Below, one piece after another: positions 51,464 to 64,000 of a stretch of 64,000 nucleotides of DNA; the first letter of the stretch is position 1; each line of letters opens with the position of its first letter. The stretch comes from Octopus sinensis (lineage: Eukaryota), in NCBI RefSeq assembly GCF_006345805.1, contig NC_043007.1:70990001-71054000 (forward strand). Reading direction: 5' to 3'. Position numbers and translations under genes: made by a program. The notes under the pieces were generated by a model that saw nothing but the letters and a program-made list of their open reading frames with translations, searched no databases and had not been told where the DNA came from.

Positions 51464-53100
51464 TTGATGATGGCCAAAACCTATGTTTTCTGGAAATTGA
51501 AGTATTCTGAATGGAAACAGCCACACCAATTGGTATGCGTAGAATTCTGGACATAATTACATCCTCTTCTTTGATACACTCAGTGAAATTAATTAATCTA
51601 TATGGTATGTGGCGTAAGCTCTTTAACCAATAATTTTGTCCTCTTGTATACCTGTGGCTGATCATGAAGCAGTATTTTGAGGAATCCTTGTGTCATGATA
51701 GCCCTGAAGGCTTTGTTAAAATTGTATAATTCTGCAGACTAATGAACAATTTCTTCCAGATTCTAAACAGTTTCTCTTGATTTATAAGTTTGAATATTTC
51801 CATGGAATTGCCTGTAACAGCTGCCAATTGATGTTGATTCAGACAGTTGTTTTTTCACCCAGCCACTTATGTGTCTGTTAATAATGTTTCAGATTGAAAA
51901 ACACCTTTGATATCAATTTGTTTGCTGTTTCAATCACTTCTACCGAATGCAGCTGGACCTATTGTTATATTATGGTTGGAAGTAAATTTTCCTTCTATAA
52001 AACTTGTAATATATTTTATAACAAGAAGACCAAACAGTTGATCTCTTCCAACATCACCTCCACAAATGACCAGACAACTGATTGCCAAAAAGATGGACTC
52101 TCTTGACTGTAAACCATTTGAAGGTTTTAACTTTAGTCTCAAGTGAAGGATTTAAAGCAACCACAGTTTAATTAGTTTTTGTTCCTTTTGGGATTACTAG
52201 CAAGGTCTAATGGGGGTCTCTTAAAAACACTACTGTTACACCTCCTATTTGAGATCTATTGTCATGCAAATCCTGCAATGTCCTGCCAGGGCCTCCAGAG
52301 GTCTCTTGTATGCAATTGTGATTGCATTCCAATGAATCATTTAGCATCTCTTAAGAATTTGTCCAGTTCTCAAATTCTTCACAACATTGCTAATAGAATT
52401 CTCATTTGTGCTCAAATCTAAGTGGAGCTTAAAGCTGAATGTACTATTTGACTTCCAGGAAGGGCTGTGGTAGCAATATCAGAAGAAACAACTGCAATGG
52501 TTATGCCTTATGTTGATGGACTTAGAGACGCTTCTATCTTAGACTGATCAAGACTATCTTTGCAATAGTAGCTTCTTGTTGCTGAACTCTATTGAAAAAA
52601 GCTAGCAGAATAGACTCTCCTCTGGTCTACACCGAGTTTGGTTTCATCATCATTTTAATGTATGCTCTTAATGAGTCAACATTATATGACATTCATTTCA
52701 AAATTTCTGATACTAAATTCTTGAATCCAGTATATTTAAGTTGAAGGAGGCTATATATTTCAATTCTTATCCATTCATGTCCTTGTTGAGAGCTGCATTG
52801 TAAATTTCATTGGTGTACCCTATTTCTGTACAACATTGTTGAGCTTGACATTAGAAACCTTAAGCAAGGTCATCATGATACTTGAACCAAAGGTAAAACA
52901 GATTAACAGCTTGGTTCAAAGAAATCCAAGATTCTTGGCTGATATACAAAATCTTTCTGGTTATGATGTATCCCATTAAGCATCGTTTTCCATCAATCTA
53001 AATATAAATATATATCTCTAAAAATGGTGTAAAGCTTGCTATTGATGATGTAAATATTTTGAAATGAATTTGAACCTTGCAGTTTATGAAGAAGTCACAG
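51300..53100 (-). mobile_element. Helitron RepHel PIF1-like helicase remnant, decayed
   Basis: Minus-strand motifs in the expected order: IAVVSSDIATTALPGSQIVHSA (cf. AVASSGIAATLLPGGRTAHS), IGGVTVVFLRDPH*TLLVIPKGT (cf. [22 protein letters not shown]), FPFRILQFP...INK (cf. PFxFxRxQFP...AMTINKSQG). Confidence 0.78.
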
Positions 53101-53593
53101 ACAAAAGTATTCACTTAGAAAATTACTTTTTTTAAATCTCACAACAAGAGATATTCAGCAACAGTACTTTGGAGTAAAGATTGTTTGCCAACATAACATG
53201 GCAGTCCTGGTTTAGGACGAATGTTGCAGTAATTTAGCCTCAGGAGACATCGTTTCCAGCTGGCTATATGACACGATCTGTGTCCTTATATATATTTTTT
53301 TCAAACGGGAATTCTGCTGTGCCACCTCTTCAAATATGATGGAACTACATTAAAATGTGGACATGGACTAAGTCATCTTTCCCCCACAACATTAGTGATG
53401 GCAACATCGTTTCTAGCAAATTATAACATACAAGGGTTGAGTTCAGTCTATAATGACCATAACTTGAGCTCATCTTCACAAATTTTGACTTCTCACTTAA
53501 ATTACTTAAAATAAGCTGACGTTAGTTCCAGTAGCTGACAAATCTATCTGCAATAATCAGTAGTTCTACCTAAGGCTGTTACTTGACTACTTG

Positions 53594-53673
<80 letters not shown>

Positions 53674-53991
53674 GATAAAAAAGGAAAATATATATTGAGA
53701 GAGAGGGGGGAGGGAGGGAGAGTGGGGAATAAGAGAAAGACTAGATGTGTCAAAGTTTTCAATGAAGAAAGAGAAGAAGTAGAATATCAAATTAAAGAGA
53801 TTCAGCACTATTGAGGCAGCAGAATACATGGCAATAGCTATAACAGAAAGTTGGGGAGAAAAAGATGTACATAAACACAAGCACACACATTTTAATAGTT
53901 ATTTTATATATATATATATATATATATTAGGGAATGGGTCTGTATTTGTATGTATATATATGTGTGTATGTGTAGGTATGTATAGGTACAC

Positions 53992-54031
<40 letters not shown>

Positions 54032-54619
54032 ATGTATGTGTATGTATATATATGTGTGTATGTGTATATATGTGTATATAGGGACTAGTGTGCTGTGTGT
54101 GCATGTGTGTATGTGTGTATGTATATATATTTTTCTGTGTGTATATGTATGTGTGGTCGTGTGTGTATATATACATGTGTGTATACGTGTATGCATGTGA
54201 GTGAGTGTATGTATATATATATATATGTGTATGTGTAGATATGTATATGTATGTGTATGTGTATATATATGTATATGTGTGTGTGTGTATGTATGTGTGT
54301 ATGTATATATGTATGTATGTGTGTGTATATATGTATACATATGTGTATAGGTATAAGTGAGAATCTCCTTATTTACCTAAAACTCTATTCTTTTTTATAT
54401 ATATTTTTTTATTTTTTTATTTATTTTTTTATCTAATTTACCACTGACTCCTTGACCACTCCCCCAAGTATGATATTTTGCGCTATGCCTACGCCCAAAA
54501 AGTCCCCCACCACCACCCCTTTAAACCTGCCTAAATGTATAAACGCCAATACAATTCTTGTTAACTAGCTTCCTGAAGATTTCTCTTGAATGAAACAGTT
54601 CTAGTCCTGTAGAAGCTCC

Positions 54620-54680
<61 letters not shown>

Positions 54681-54814
54681 CTGTGTGTGTGTGTTTGTGT
54701 GTGGTGTGTGTGTGTGTATAGTATATTATTAATAATAATAGTAATGAAAAATAAAAAAAATAAAGTCATAACTTATCTTATTGAAGAATACCAGTTAATA
54801 AATACATATATATG

Positions 54815-54845
<31 letters not shown>

Positions 54846-56451
54846 TACACACACGCACATATATATATACACACATATACATACATATATACATATACAT
54901 ACATACATACATACATATATACATACACATATAAATATATGTATGTATGTATGTATGTATATACATGGAGAGACAGGGAAAGAGAGAGTGTGTGAGTGAT
55001 AATTTGTTTTTGTTTGCACCCATGTGAAAGAAATGGATAAGGGAAAGTCAAGAGGCTACCAAATGACAAAGAGCGAATAAGTCTTAAATAAAATGTAAGT
55101 GGGTGGAAGGATGAAGTATTTATCACAATATTCTGTTTGGCACACAGGGAAAGAGTGATTGGGAGAGAGTGAGTTGGAATTAGTTTTATGTTGCTTTAAG
55201 CAATCTTTGTAGACTGATAAATAATGGAGAAAAAAACTTCTGCTCCATAAATTCCTATAACTGAAAATAACTTAAAGGTATTTCAACTCTGGGCATCCAT
55301 TGAAGTAAAATTGGTATTTCATTTCAATGAACAACTCTAATAGGACATCTTTCTATAGAATATATAAAATAAAAGGGAATTATTTTATATACTGAGTGTA
55401 GATTGCATCAATAACCATCTGGAGAAGGCTCTTCTTGGGTTTAAAACAGTAGTAATGTCAAACAGTCATATTGATGTGGTGATAAACATTACCTCTCAGT
55501 ATTGTTACTATTTTTATCTCTTATAGAGATTTTCTAACAAGCTACTTTGCTTGTTGTAAGATCAGTGACGGTTTGTCACTTGGTTTTCTATATATTGTGA
55601 TTGTGAGCTGGAGTGAATTCCTACAATCTCTAGTGGCTAGGTATTCACCACTGAGGAAAGGCACAAACAGCCTGAAGCCATTCCCTTTCCAACTCTGCCC
55701 ATCCACTTCATGCACTTCCACCAACCCTTCTAGAATGTGAGCAACCATGGATCTTGTCTACTGCAAGAAACCTTTTCCTGTCACCTTCCTTTGTCATATA
55801 GCATAAAGGTACACCCCTCTTCACTGTAACCCCACTCAGCTGAAGAGTGTCTTGGTCTTGCAAGTTATATGGTGACCTCACTAGTGAATATTGAGCACAC
55901 AGTGTTCATTGTAAAGTGGTTGGTGTTATGAAGGGAATCCAGCTGTAGAAACCATGCCAAAGCCGACATTGGAACATGATTCAGTCCAGTGATCCATCAG
56001 ATCTTGTTGAGCCCTTGAACTGATGCCAACCTGGAAAAGACAGACATTAAAAGAGGGTGTGTGTGTGAGAGAGATCTTTCTTTGAGCTTTATGTAAGCTC
56101 TTAAAGGATATCAAGTCAGTCACTAACAAAGCAACAAGACTTTTTCAGTGAAGAGAGTTTCTGATGTTTGTAAATATATAGTTAGTTTGGTGTGTTGGTT
56201 AAGCTGTCAATGCACACACCTAAGTGTGTGCATCTTTTCATCTATAGAATCTCAAATGGAGAATCTTTAGAATATCTTACAAATCTTCATTGTACCACTA
56301 ATAGATTGGATTTGGAGAATCCATGTCAGTTTCTTTTGCTCTTTCTTGAAAAACCAAATATTTCTAGGTTTCTATGTAAATTTGTGGGCTATGTGCCTAC
56401 AAATTTACACATGTATGTATGTATGTATGTATGTATGTATGTATGTATGTA

Positions 56452-56976
56452 CCGTAAATCCTTGAGTATAATCTTCAATATTTTTCCCCAAAATTTAAAG
56501 GTCAAAATCCCTAGTGCGTACTATATACGAGGTTAAAAATGAAAATTATTTTCTAAGCAATGTCTGAGTCTCTATTTGCTGTTTGGCTATGTTTATTCAG
56601 ACACATTTTGTGATGTTAGGTGTGGAAATACCTTAAGCTAAGCCTGAAAGCAATGAAGTCATAAAAGAACAATCCATAACTTGCAGTAAGCAACATTTAT
56701 TAAACGTTATTACTGTTATTACTGTTTTTTTTCTTTATTTTCTGCAAACAAAATGCACAAAAAAGCTACACGTTTGCATTATGTTATATATACCATAATA
56801 ATAAAGGACATTACCGTATACATTTTTACAAACCAAGGACGTTATATAGACCTCCTTGACTCAGGTTAGAGAAGGGGTGCAATTTATACACAAGGTTTAG
56901 GTTTTTCAGAGGTACAGCCCCCTAAAAATTCCCTGCATATTGTACTCAAGGGCAGGCTATACTTGAGGATTTACGG
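56452..56976. mobile_element. Tc1/pogo-type MITE
   Basis: TIRs CCGTAAATCCTTGAGTATA / TATACTTGAGGATTTACGG (17/19), each flanked by TA. Confidence 0.8.
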
Positions 56977-57796
56977 TATGTATGCATGCATGCATGCACG
57001 AAAGTAAGGATCATAAAGAGGTATTCCCAAGGAAGAAAGTGAGGCTTTATATAAAATGGAGTTATGTGGTTAGCATGACTTTCCAAGAGAGTAGACCTGG
57101 TTTTTAAATGATCTGTAGGTAAATGCATTTTTGCACAAATAATACTTAAACCATGAATATTTTAGTACAAACAGTATCAAACCTTAGTCAATGATTGATT
57201 ATTTATAGAAATTACTGATGCAAAATTAAATAAAAACGAAATCCTAGATACTGATCTTTGCTTAACATTGTTAAAGCTACTTTAATGAGGCAAGAGAAGA
57301 TAAGCAGGTGAAGTTTTCCTATACCAAGTTTTACGACTGAACTAATTAATAGATTATTAATAGTAATCGATGGTAGGAAAATGCTGACACATGTGTGTAT
57401 GTACATATGAATGCACGATCATATCTCTGTATGTATGCATGTTTACATGTGTATGTATCCATGTTTATGTGCACATATGAATGCATGTTTATGTGTATGT
57501 ATGTATGTATGTATGTATGTATGCATGCATGCATGCATGTATGTATGTATGTATGTGTATATGTATGTATACATGTTCTTCTTGAGAGAGTTTAAACCAG
57601 TTGTTAACAAGACTTTCTGAATTAAAAGAGCTCCTGGTGTTTGTAAATGTAGTTGAGTTGGTGAAGTGTCAGTTCTTACACCCAAGTATTGGTTGAACTG
57701 TTGGTGCATACACCCAAGTGTGTGCATCTATTCACATAAGAATTGCAGATGAAGAATTTTGGGAATGTCTTACAAATCTTTGCTGTGCCATTAATA

Positions 57797-58364
57797 TTGG
57801 GTTGTTCGGAAAGTTCATGCCGATTGATAGTAGCTTACCTTTTGACTTATTTTAGAACATGGTTGAGTCCATAAAATAAGATTTGACTCCACCTCCATTT
57901 AGAACATAGTTTAAGCTATCTTTTTGTGGAAGAAGATTTATGTTCCTATAACCTGTGTTAATTTTGTAACCCTTTAAAATGGAAGATAAGAAAGTTCATT
58001 TTTGGCACTTGATGCTTTGGGAACCAGACAAAAATTGCTGCAGCTCAGCTGGGACATGTTATCCCACCCTCCATATTCACCAGATATTGCTTCTTCAGAT
58101 TTCCATCTATTCGGGTCTCTGCAGAATAGTCTTAATGGTAAAAATTTCAGTTCCTTGGATGACGTTAAAAAGAGACCTTGATGAATTCTTTGCCATGAAA
58201 CCACCTGAATTCTGGGAAGAGGGTATTTTCAAGTTAAAGGAAAGATAGAGACGCATTGTGAAACAAAATGGTTCATATTTGGTTGATTAAAAATGTAATG
58301 GCAAATATTTATTGACCTTTTCTCTTTCCTTTAAAAATCGGCATGAACTTTCCGGACAACCCAA
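57797..58364 (+). mobile_element. Internally deleted mariner element
   Basis: TA TSD (57795-96, 58365-66); TIRs ttgggttgttcggaaagttcatgccgatt / aatcggcatgaactttccggacaacccaa; MEDKKVHF.. start fused to HPPYSPDIASSDFHLF and the C-terminus. Confidence 0.93.
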
Positions 58365-58460
58365 TACATGATTTGTTCAAAATAATGTGAATAAATAGGG
58401 ATTACATTTGACAGAGTAATCTGTATGTTAAAGGGTTAAATATAACATGTGCACATGCAT

Positions 58461-58548
<88 letters not shown>

Positions 58549-59200
58549 TCCTCAGCTTATGCCAGGTATTTCCTCTGTGTCAGTTAAATGAAAATGTCAA
58601 CTGATCTGAAACTAGGGCAAAAGAGAAGGTTCGAGCTAATGATGTCTTTACATAACAACAAAAAACAAAAAAAAAAGCTACCTTTCAGCTGAAACCTGAT
58701 AATGATGTGTGTAAATCAGTTGTAAATATGACAATGAATAATGAAAGTCAAAAGGAGGTTAATGATGTTGACAATCAGTTTCCAACACTTACAATTCTAA
58801 TATTTATTATCTGGAGTGTACAAAGGAAGATGGACAGATACGAGATTTCTCTACAGGTGACAGACATGGAATAAAAACTTAAAAGTATAGAATTTGATGT
58901 CTTGTGGAGGTGATGAGTTACATACAAGAAGTGTTGTCATTCTGCTAGATCAAAAAGTTTCAAAATTGTTAATGAATAGTGACCTTGTCTAGATGCAGGT
59001 GTGGCTGTGTGGTAAGAAGGCATGGCTTCCCAATCACATGGTTCTGTGTTCATTTCCATTGTGTAGCACCTTGGGCAAGTGTCTTTTACTATAGCCTCAG
59101 GCTGACCACAAAGCCTTGTGAGTGGATGTGGTAGATGGAAACTTAAAGAACCCTATCATGTGTCTCTGTGTGTGTATACATATATATATATATATGTATA

Positions 59201-59362
59201 TAGACTGCCCCCTCCTCCACGGACTACGTTTAATCCAGCACTTTGGCTAGACTGCCCCCTCTTCCAAGGATTACGTTTAATCTGGCACTTTGGCTAGATC
59301 GCAATCTCCTCCACGAACTACGTTTAATATGCTGAAATTTGGCTTGGCTGCCCCTTCCTCCA
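59201..59362 (+). repeat. 47-bp tandem repeat, ~3.4 units
   Basis: tagactgccccctcctccacggactacgtttaatccagcactttggc; units start at 59201, 59248 and 59295. Confidence 0.9.
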
Positions 59363-59550
59363 ATATGTGACTGCGTGTGTATCGTTGGCAATTTTCTTTC
59401 TCCATCTTCCCTTCCTTGGGCCTTTCCTTTTTCTATGTTTCTGATGAAGAGCTCTGCTTGAAACATTAAATCCTTCTTCTTTCTTTCCTTTCCTGATTGT
59501 CCAATAATACTATACTTGTTCCATGTCCTTGCATTGTTGTGTTTTCATGT
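59363..59550 (+). mobile_element. Hammerhead-bearing short repeat, paralogue of 17200-17400
   Basis: CTGATGA-A-GAGC-tct-GCTT-GAAA-CATT-aaa at 59441-59470. Confidence 0.65.
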
Positions 59551-59557
59551 TTGGATT

Positions 59558-59682
<125 letters not shown>

Positions 59683-60494
59683 TTGCATATGTGTTTTGGT
59701 GTCTGTATTTGTCCCCCACCTCTGCACTTGGCAATCAGTGTTGGTTTGTTTATATCCCCCATAACTTATCAGTTTGGTGAAAGAGACCAATAGAATAAGT
59801 ACCAGATAAAAAAATATTCTATTCATTCGACTAAAAACTCTTCAAGGTGGTGCCCAAGCATGGCCACAGTCTATTGACTGAAACGAGTAAGATAAAAGCA
59901 AACAAAAAAAAAATGTATGATTGTCTCTACTAGAATTATTATAGTGTGACTCATAACAAACCAACAATCTTGTAATGTCTAATAAACAATTCTAATGACA
60001 GAAGATAAGAAAACTTTTATTTTTAGTTGGAATATTAATTATTGAGTATAAAATGTAAATGAATTCCATTATATGATAAAAATGCTAATTCAATGCAAGG
60101 AATTCAGTCTATAATTCAGGAAATGACTTCTCCAGTGTTAGGCTTACAATGTTTTTTTAAGCTTAATATACATACTAATGCATTAAGCTCTTAATCCCAA
60201 CCAGTGAAACTCCACAAGGAAATTAATATAACGTCATGAATGCTGAAATTCAACTGACTTCTTTCACTGTTGTTGCAGAGAGAGTGAGGAATGTACAAAT
60301 GTATGTTTGTATCACATAAATATTTGCTTTTTATGATTCAGCTAATTTTAAGTAATGGTTTATTTCTTAAAAACATACAAAATCTTAATAATGGTTTCAA
60401 ATTTTGGCACAAGACCAGCAATTTTGAGGGAGTGGGTAAGTTGATTATTTTGACCCCAGTACTCATCTGATGTATATTTTAATAACACCTAATT

Positions 60495-60720
60495 CTGTCT
60501 CTCTGTCTCTGTCACACTCTAAATCACACTCTAACCTTTCATCATCTGACATAAGATCATCTCCTCCAATGCCCACTCTTCTCTTAAAGGTTCTTGTATC
60601 TCCTCTACAGCAAGACACCTGTTTCTGTCTCTCTGTCTCTCTGTCACACTCTAACCTCTCATCATCTGACACAAGATCACCTCCTCCAACTCCACCTCCC
60701 CTCTCAAAGGTTCTTTGTCT
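60495..60720. repeat. Diverged ~130-bp tandem duplication inside an interrupted family B SINE
   Basis: tctctctgtctctgtcacactctaa...catcatctgaca.aagatca.ctcctccaa...aaaggttctt occurs twice; family B halves at ~60385-60475 and ~60960-61076 (minus). Confidence 0.75.
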
Positions 60721-61094
60721 TACAAGTTGCTTGGTGATCCTGCCAGTGCTGGTATGACACAGAAAGCATCCAGTCCACACTTTTTAAAGTGGTTGGCATT
60801 TGGAAGGGCATCCAGCTGTAAAAACCCTGCCAAAACTGTCCTCACCTGTGCTGGTGCCACATAAAAAGCACTCAGTCCACTCTGTGGGGTGGCTGGTGTT
60901 AAGTGGGGGCTTTCAGGCATAAAAATCATACCAAAGCAGACACAGAAATCTGATCACCTGCAATGGGCGAAAGGCAAATTTGACCACGGTAGAATTTGAA
61001 CTCATAAAGATGGATGAAATGAAATGCTGTTTAGCATTTTGCTAGGCATGCTAATGTTTCTGCCAGCTCACCACCCTATATGTATAACTAGTAT

Positions 61095-61290
61095 TGGTTT
61101 CAAATTTTAGCGCAAGGTCAGTAATTCGAGGTGAGGGGCTAAGTTGATTACACCAACCCCAGTGCTCAACTGGTACTTATTTTATCGACCCCGAAAGGAT
61201 GAAAGGCTAAGTTGACCTTGGCAAAATTTGAAACCTGAATGGAAAGACAGACGAATTGCTGCTAAGCATTTTGCCTGGCATCTTGCTGCC
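61095..61290 (-). mobile_element. SINE family B copy
   Basis: ...tttatcgaccccgaaaggatgaaaggctaagttgaccttggc...gctaagcattttgcctggc. Confidence 0.82.
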
Positions 61291-61521
61291 ATATAAAATC
61301 TTCATTATGAATATAATATCTACGTGTGTGTTTGTAGATATAAGTGTATAGAAAAATACAAATATGTGCATTTATGTTTATGTATTTCTATTTACATACA
61401 TACATAGATATAACTCTTTTGACTTTTTACTGTGGTTTAGAAACACATATTTGTGTGTATGTGGTGTGCATGTATGTATGTGTGTGTGCATGTGTTCGTA
61501 TGTGTGTGTATATGTATATTG

Positions 61522-61680
61522 TGGTTGGCGTTAGGAAGGGCATCCAGCTGTAGAAACATTGCCAGATAAGACCGGAGCCTGGTGCAGCCTTCTGGCTTCC
61601 CAGATCCCCGGTCGATCCGTCCAACCCATGCTAGCATGGAGAACGGACGTTAAACGATGATGATGATGATGGTGATGATT
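61522..61680 (+). mobile_element. Family C element, young copy
   Basis: gtggttggcgttaggaagggcatccagc...ggacgttaaacgatgatgatgat. Confidence 0.88.
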
Positions 61681-61835
61681 GTGCCATACTGATTTTGCCA
61701 GAAAATCATGTTGAGTTGAGGGTAGATATGTTGGGGGAATATTTAGTCATTTAAATGTTAAATCAAGGGTAGGTAATTCAGAAGATCAGATAACTGAATC
61801 TGCATCTCGCAAACAAATGGCAAACCATCCATCAA

Positions 61836-61868
<33 letters not shown>

Positions 61869-62950
61869 CCATATACAGTTGTCCCTTGGTTTGCTTGGAA
61901 CTCAGTTTGCATGGTTTTGGTTTCTGTTACTTTATTTTTACACTTTACATCTGCAGAATTCTCACTTGGTTTTTCTCATTTCCTTTTGGCATTTTCCTAT
62001 CATTTTACTTTCAGCTCACTTCTTCAAAAGAATGGGAGACCACACTCTAAACTAATGCTTCTATTAGAGTTAATTTTTAATATTTAATTAAATATTTTTT
62101 GAAATTGAATGATATGGTTTTAAATATCAATAAAGGCAATTTTAGAAATGATAACTGAAATATTAAATAATTGATTTATTTAAATAATCAAAGTATTAAG
62201 TAATTAGTTATATTAAACCTGCTTCAAAGTGGAAATTGTCTGACAGAGACAGTTTATTAAAAACAAAATAATAGTTAGAACAATTAAAAAAAAATATGAA
62301 ATGGGAAAAAATTTGAGTCTCAATTATTGTTGGATTGTCGTTCATGTTAAAACATGCATCGCATGCATGGAACTATAGTTATGGAAATGGTTGAAAGACA
62401 CTCTTTGAATTCAGATAGAAGCAAAAATGCAATATTACAGCAGTCACACGCACAGACACATATACTCACACATGCATACATACACACACATAATATATGC
62501 TCATGCACATACACATGTGGTAATCATTGTTAATGAAATTCATTTCAATAAATAATTGTTTAAATGTATGATTTTTGGTTCAAATGGTGGCTCGCAAAAC
62601 CCAATCAACTATGTAAACTGAGGAACAACTGTATTTCATGCTCATTATCACCATCATCCTCAGTGTCATCGTCGTCATCATCATCATCATTCTCATCATC
62701 ATCATCGTCGTCATTATCATCATTGTTGTCATCGTCGATGTCATCGTTATAAATTGTATGATTGTATGTGTATGTGAGTGTGAATGTGTATACATGCATG
62801 CATGTGTATGCATACATATTTAATGCACATTTATATTTTTCATGTGTGTGTGTGTGTGTGTGTATCAGTAAATATTCATTTTCTGAAAATATTTTGGCAG
62901 TGTCTTGTGTGAAAAGATTTTTGTTTTGCTTTGTTTTTGAGGATTTCTTG

Positions 62951-63100
62951 TAAGACCTTAGAAGACTTTACGATAGTGTAATTCCCCTAGAAGACCTTAT
63001 GACAGCGTTAATCCCTTAGAAGACCTTATGATAGAGTCAGTCCCCTAGAAGACCCTATGATAGAGTTAATCCCCTAGAAGACCTTATGACAAAATTAATC
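62951..63100. repeat. 29-bp minisatellite, ~5 units
   Basis: tagaagac anchors at 62959, 62988, 63017, 63046 and 63075; consensus ~tagaagaccttatgatagagttaatcccc. Confidence 0.92.
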
Positions 63101-64000
63101 TCTTATTTAGGATTAGCTCTTACTTCCCTAACTATGTCATATTTCAGTTCATTGTAGAACTGTGATACTCATTCTACGACGTAGTAGATGATTGTACAGT
63201 GTGACAGCCACTGGCCAGAGAGAAGGGCAATTCTACCAGTATATAACAGGGTCTCATCTTGGAGACTTATGAGAAACAGTTGGCAACTCAGTACAGTTTT
63301 TGGACCTTGTGCATCTACAGAATTGGAAAGAAAAGGTGATATTAGGGGTGAAGGTATAAATGAAAGAAGTTTGGAAAGCAGGAGATCAAAGCTTAGAATT
63401 TAAGTTCATAAAGAAAATGAAAATAGGATAGGGTGCCAGCTAAGGCAAACCAATATTAATGATGCTATTAATAAAAATTGCTAAACATTTCAGCTAAGAA
63501 ATCAATGAAAACTAATTCCTTCTGTTAATAAGGGTGATAGCAATGTTGAAATATTGTGTGTATATATGTACATATGTGTCATGTATATGCCTGTGCATAT
63601 ATGTTATGTATATGCATGTACATATTTATGTATGTTGTGTATATGTATGTGTATGTGTGCATGGTGTATCTTTATTCTGTGAATGTGTTTGACTTATTAT
63701 GAACACATAGTTGTTGTATACAGGAGACACAAACACACACACACACATGTCTCATATAACAGCATACAAACACACACACGTCTCACATAACATCATTTTG
63801 CATGCCCTACCCCCATCCTCTCTGCATCATCTGTTGCTATGATCATATGTTTCCAAGCATGTGTGAATCACATATATTCTTGTCGTCGATGTATTTATGA
63901 GTTAATATATGATGTATGATACAAATCAATACTTTGCTAAAACACTTCATCATAGATTTTTGTAAGAAACAATTAAATGTATTGTGCTCAACATATTCTG

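Noticed and set aside
54570-54612. ctgaaga...gaaac hammerhead-like motif (a weaker one at ~32743-32765)
   Set aside because: Stems II and I cannot be drawn convincingly; too degenerate to call.
58689-58856. 56-codon open segment bounded by AG and GT
   Set aside because: No myosin similarity, weak donor; the KMDRYEISLQ portion looks like LINE endonuclease decay.

Overview
AT-rich, microsatellite-dense animal genomic DNA. The repeat content (tRNA-headed SINE families, RTE LINEs, long (TA)n/(CA)n tracts) suggests an octopus or other coleoid cephalopod, but this is an inference. The only host gene I can support is an unconventional myosin on the + strand, seen as two spliced motor-domain exons: 11628-11745 (YVRCLKPN...QLRYSGMLDLIKIKRE) and 14141-14296 (GYPVHVP...EWQAGKTM). 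I found no neighbouring exons, so the rest of the window is probably giant intron. It holds at least five SINE-like families (about 45 copies, some nested with clean target-site duplications), a near full-length decayed RTE LINE and other LINE fragments, a Helitron helicase remnant, mariner-, pogo- and piggyBac-type MITEs, and a U2 snRNA retropseudogene with a 12-bp TSD. The most interesting signals are: (i) hammerhead-ribozyme-like motifs in three repeat families, including a fold-back Penelope remnant whose inverted arms carry a tRNA-like Pol III promoter; (ii) several long palindromic inserts within (TA)n tracts; (iii) a 29-bp minisatellite with 8-unit higher-order structure built from inverted E-box pairs just upstream of a myosin exon. 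Nearly all ORFs in the supplied track are microsatellite or repeat artefacts. Repeat boundaries are approximate unless a TSD or TIR is quoted. All motif matches were made by eye, without database searches.
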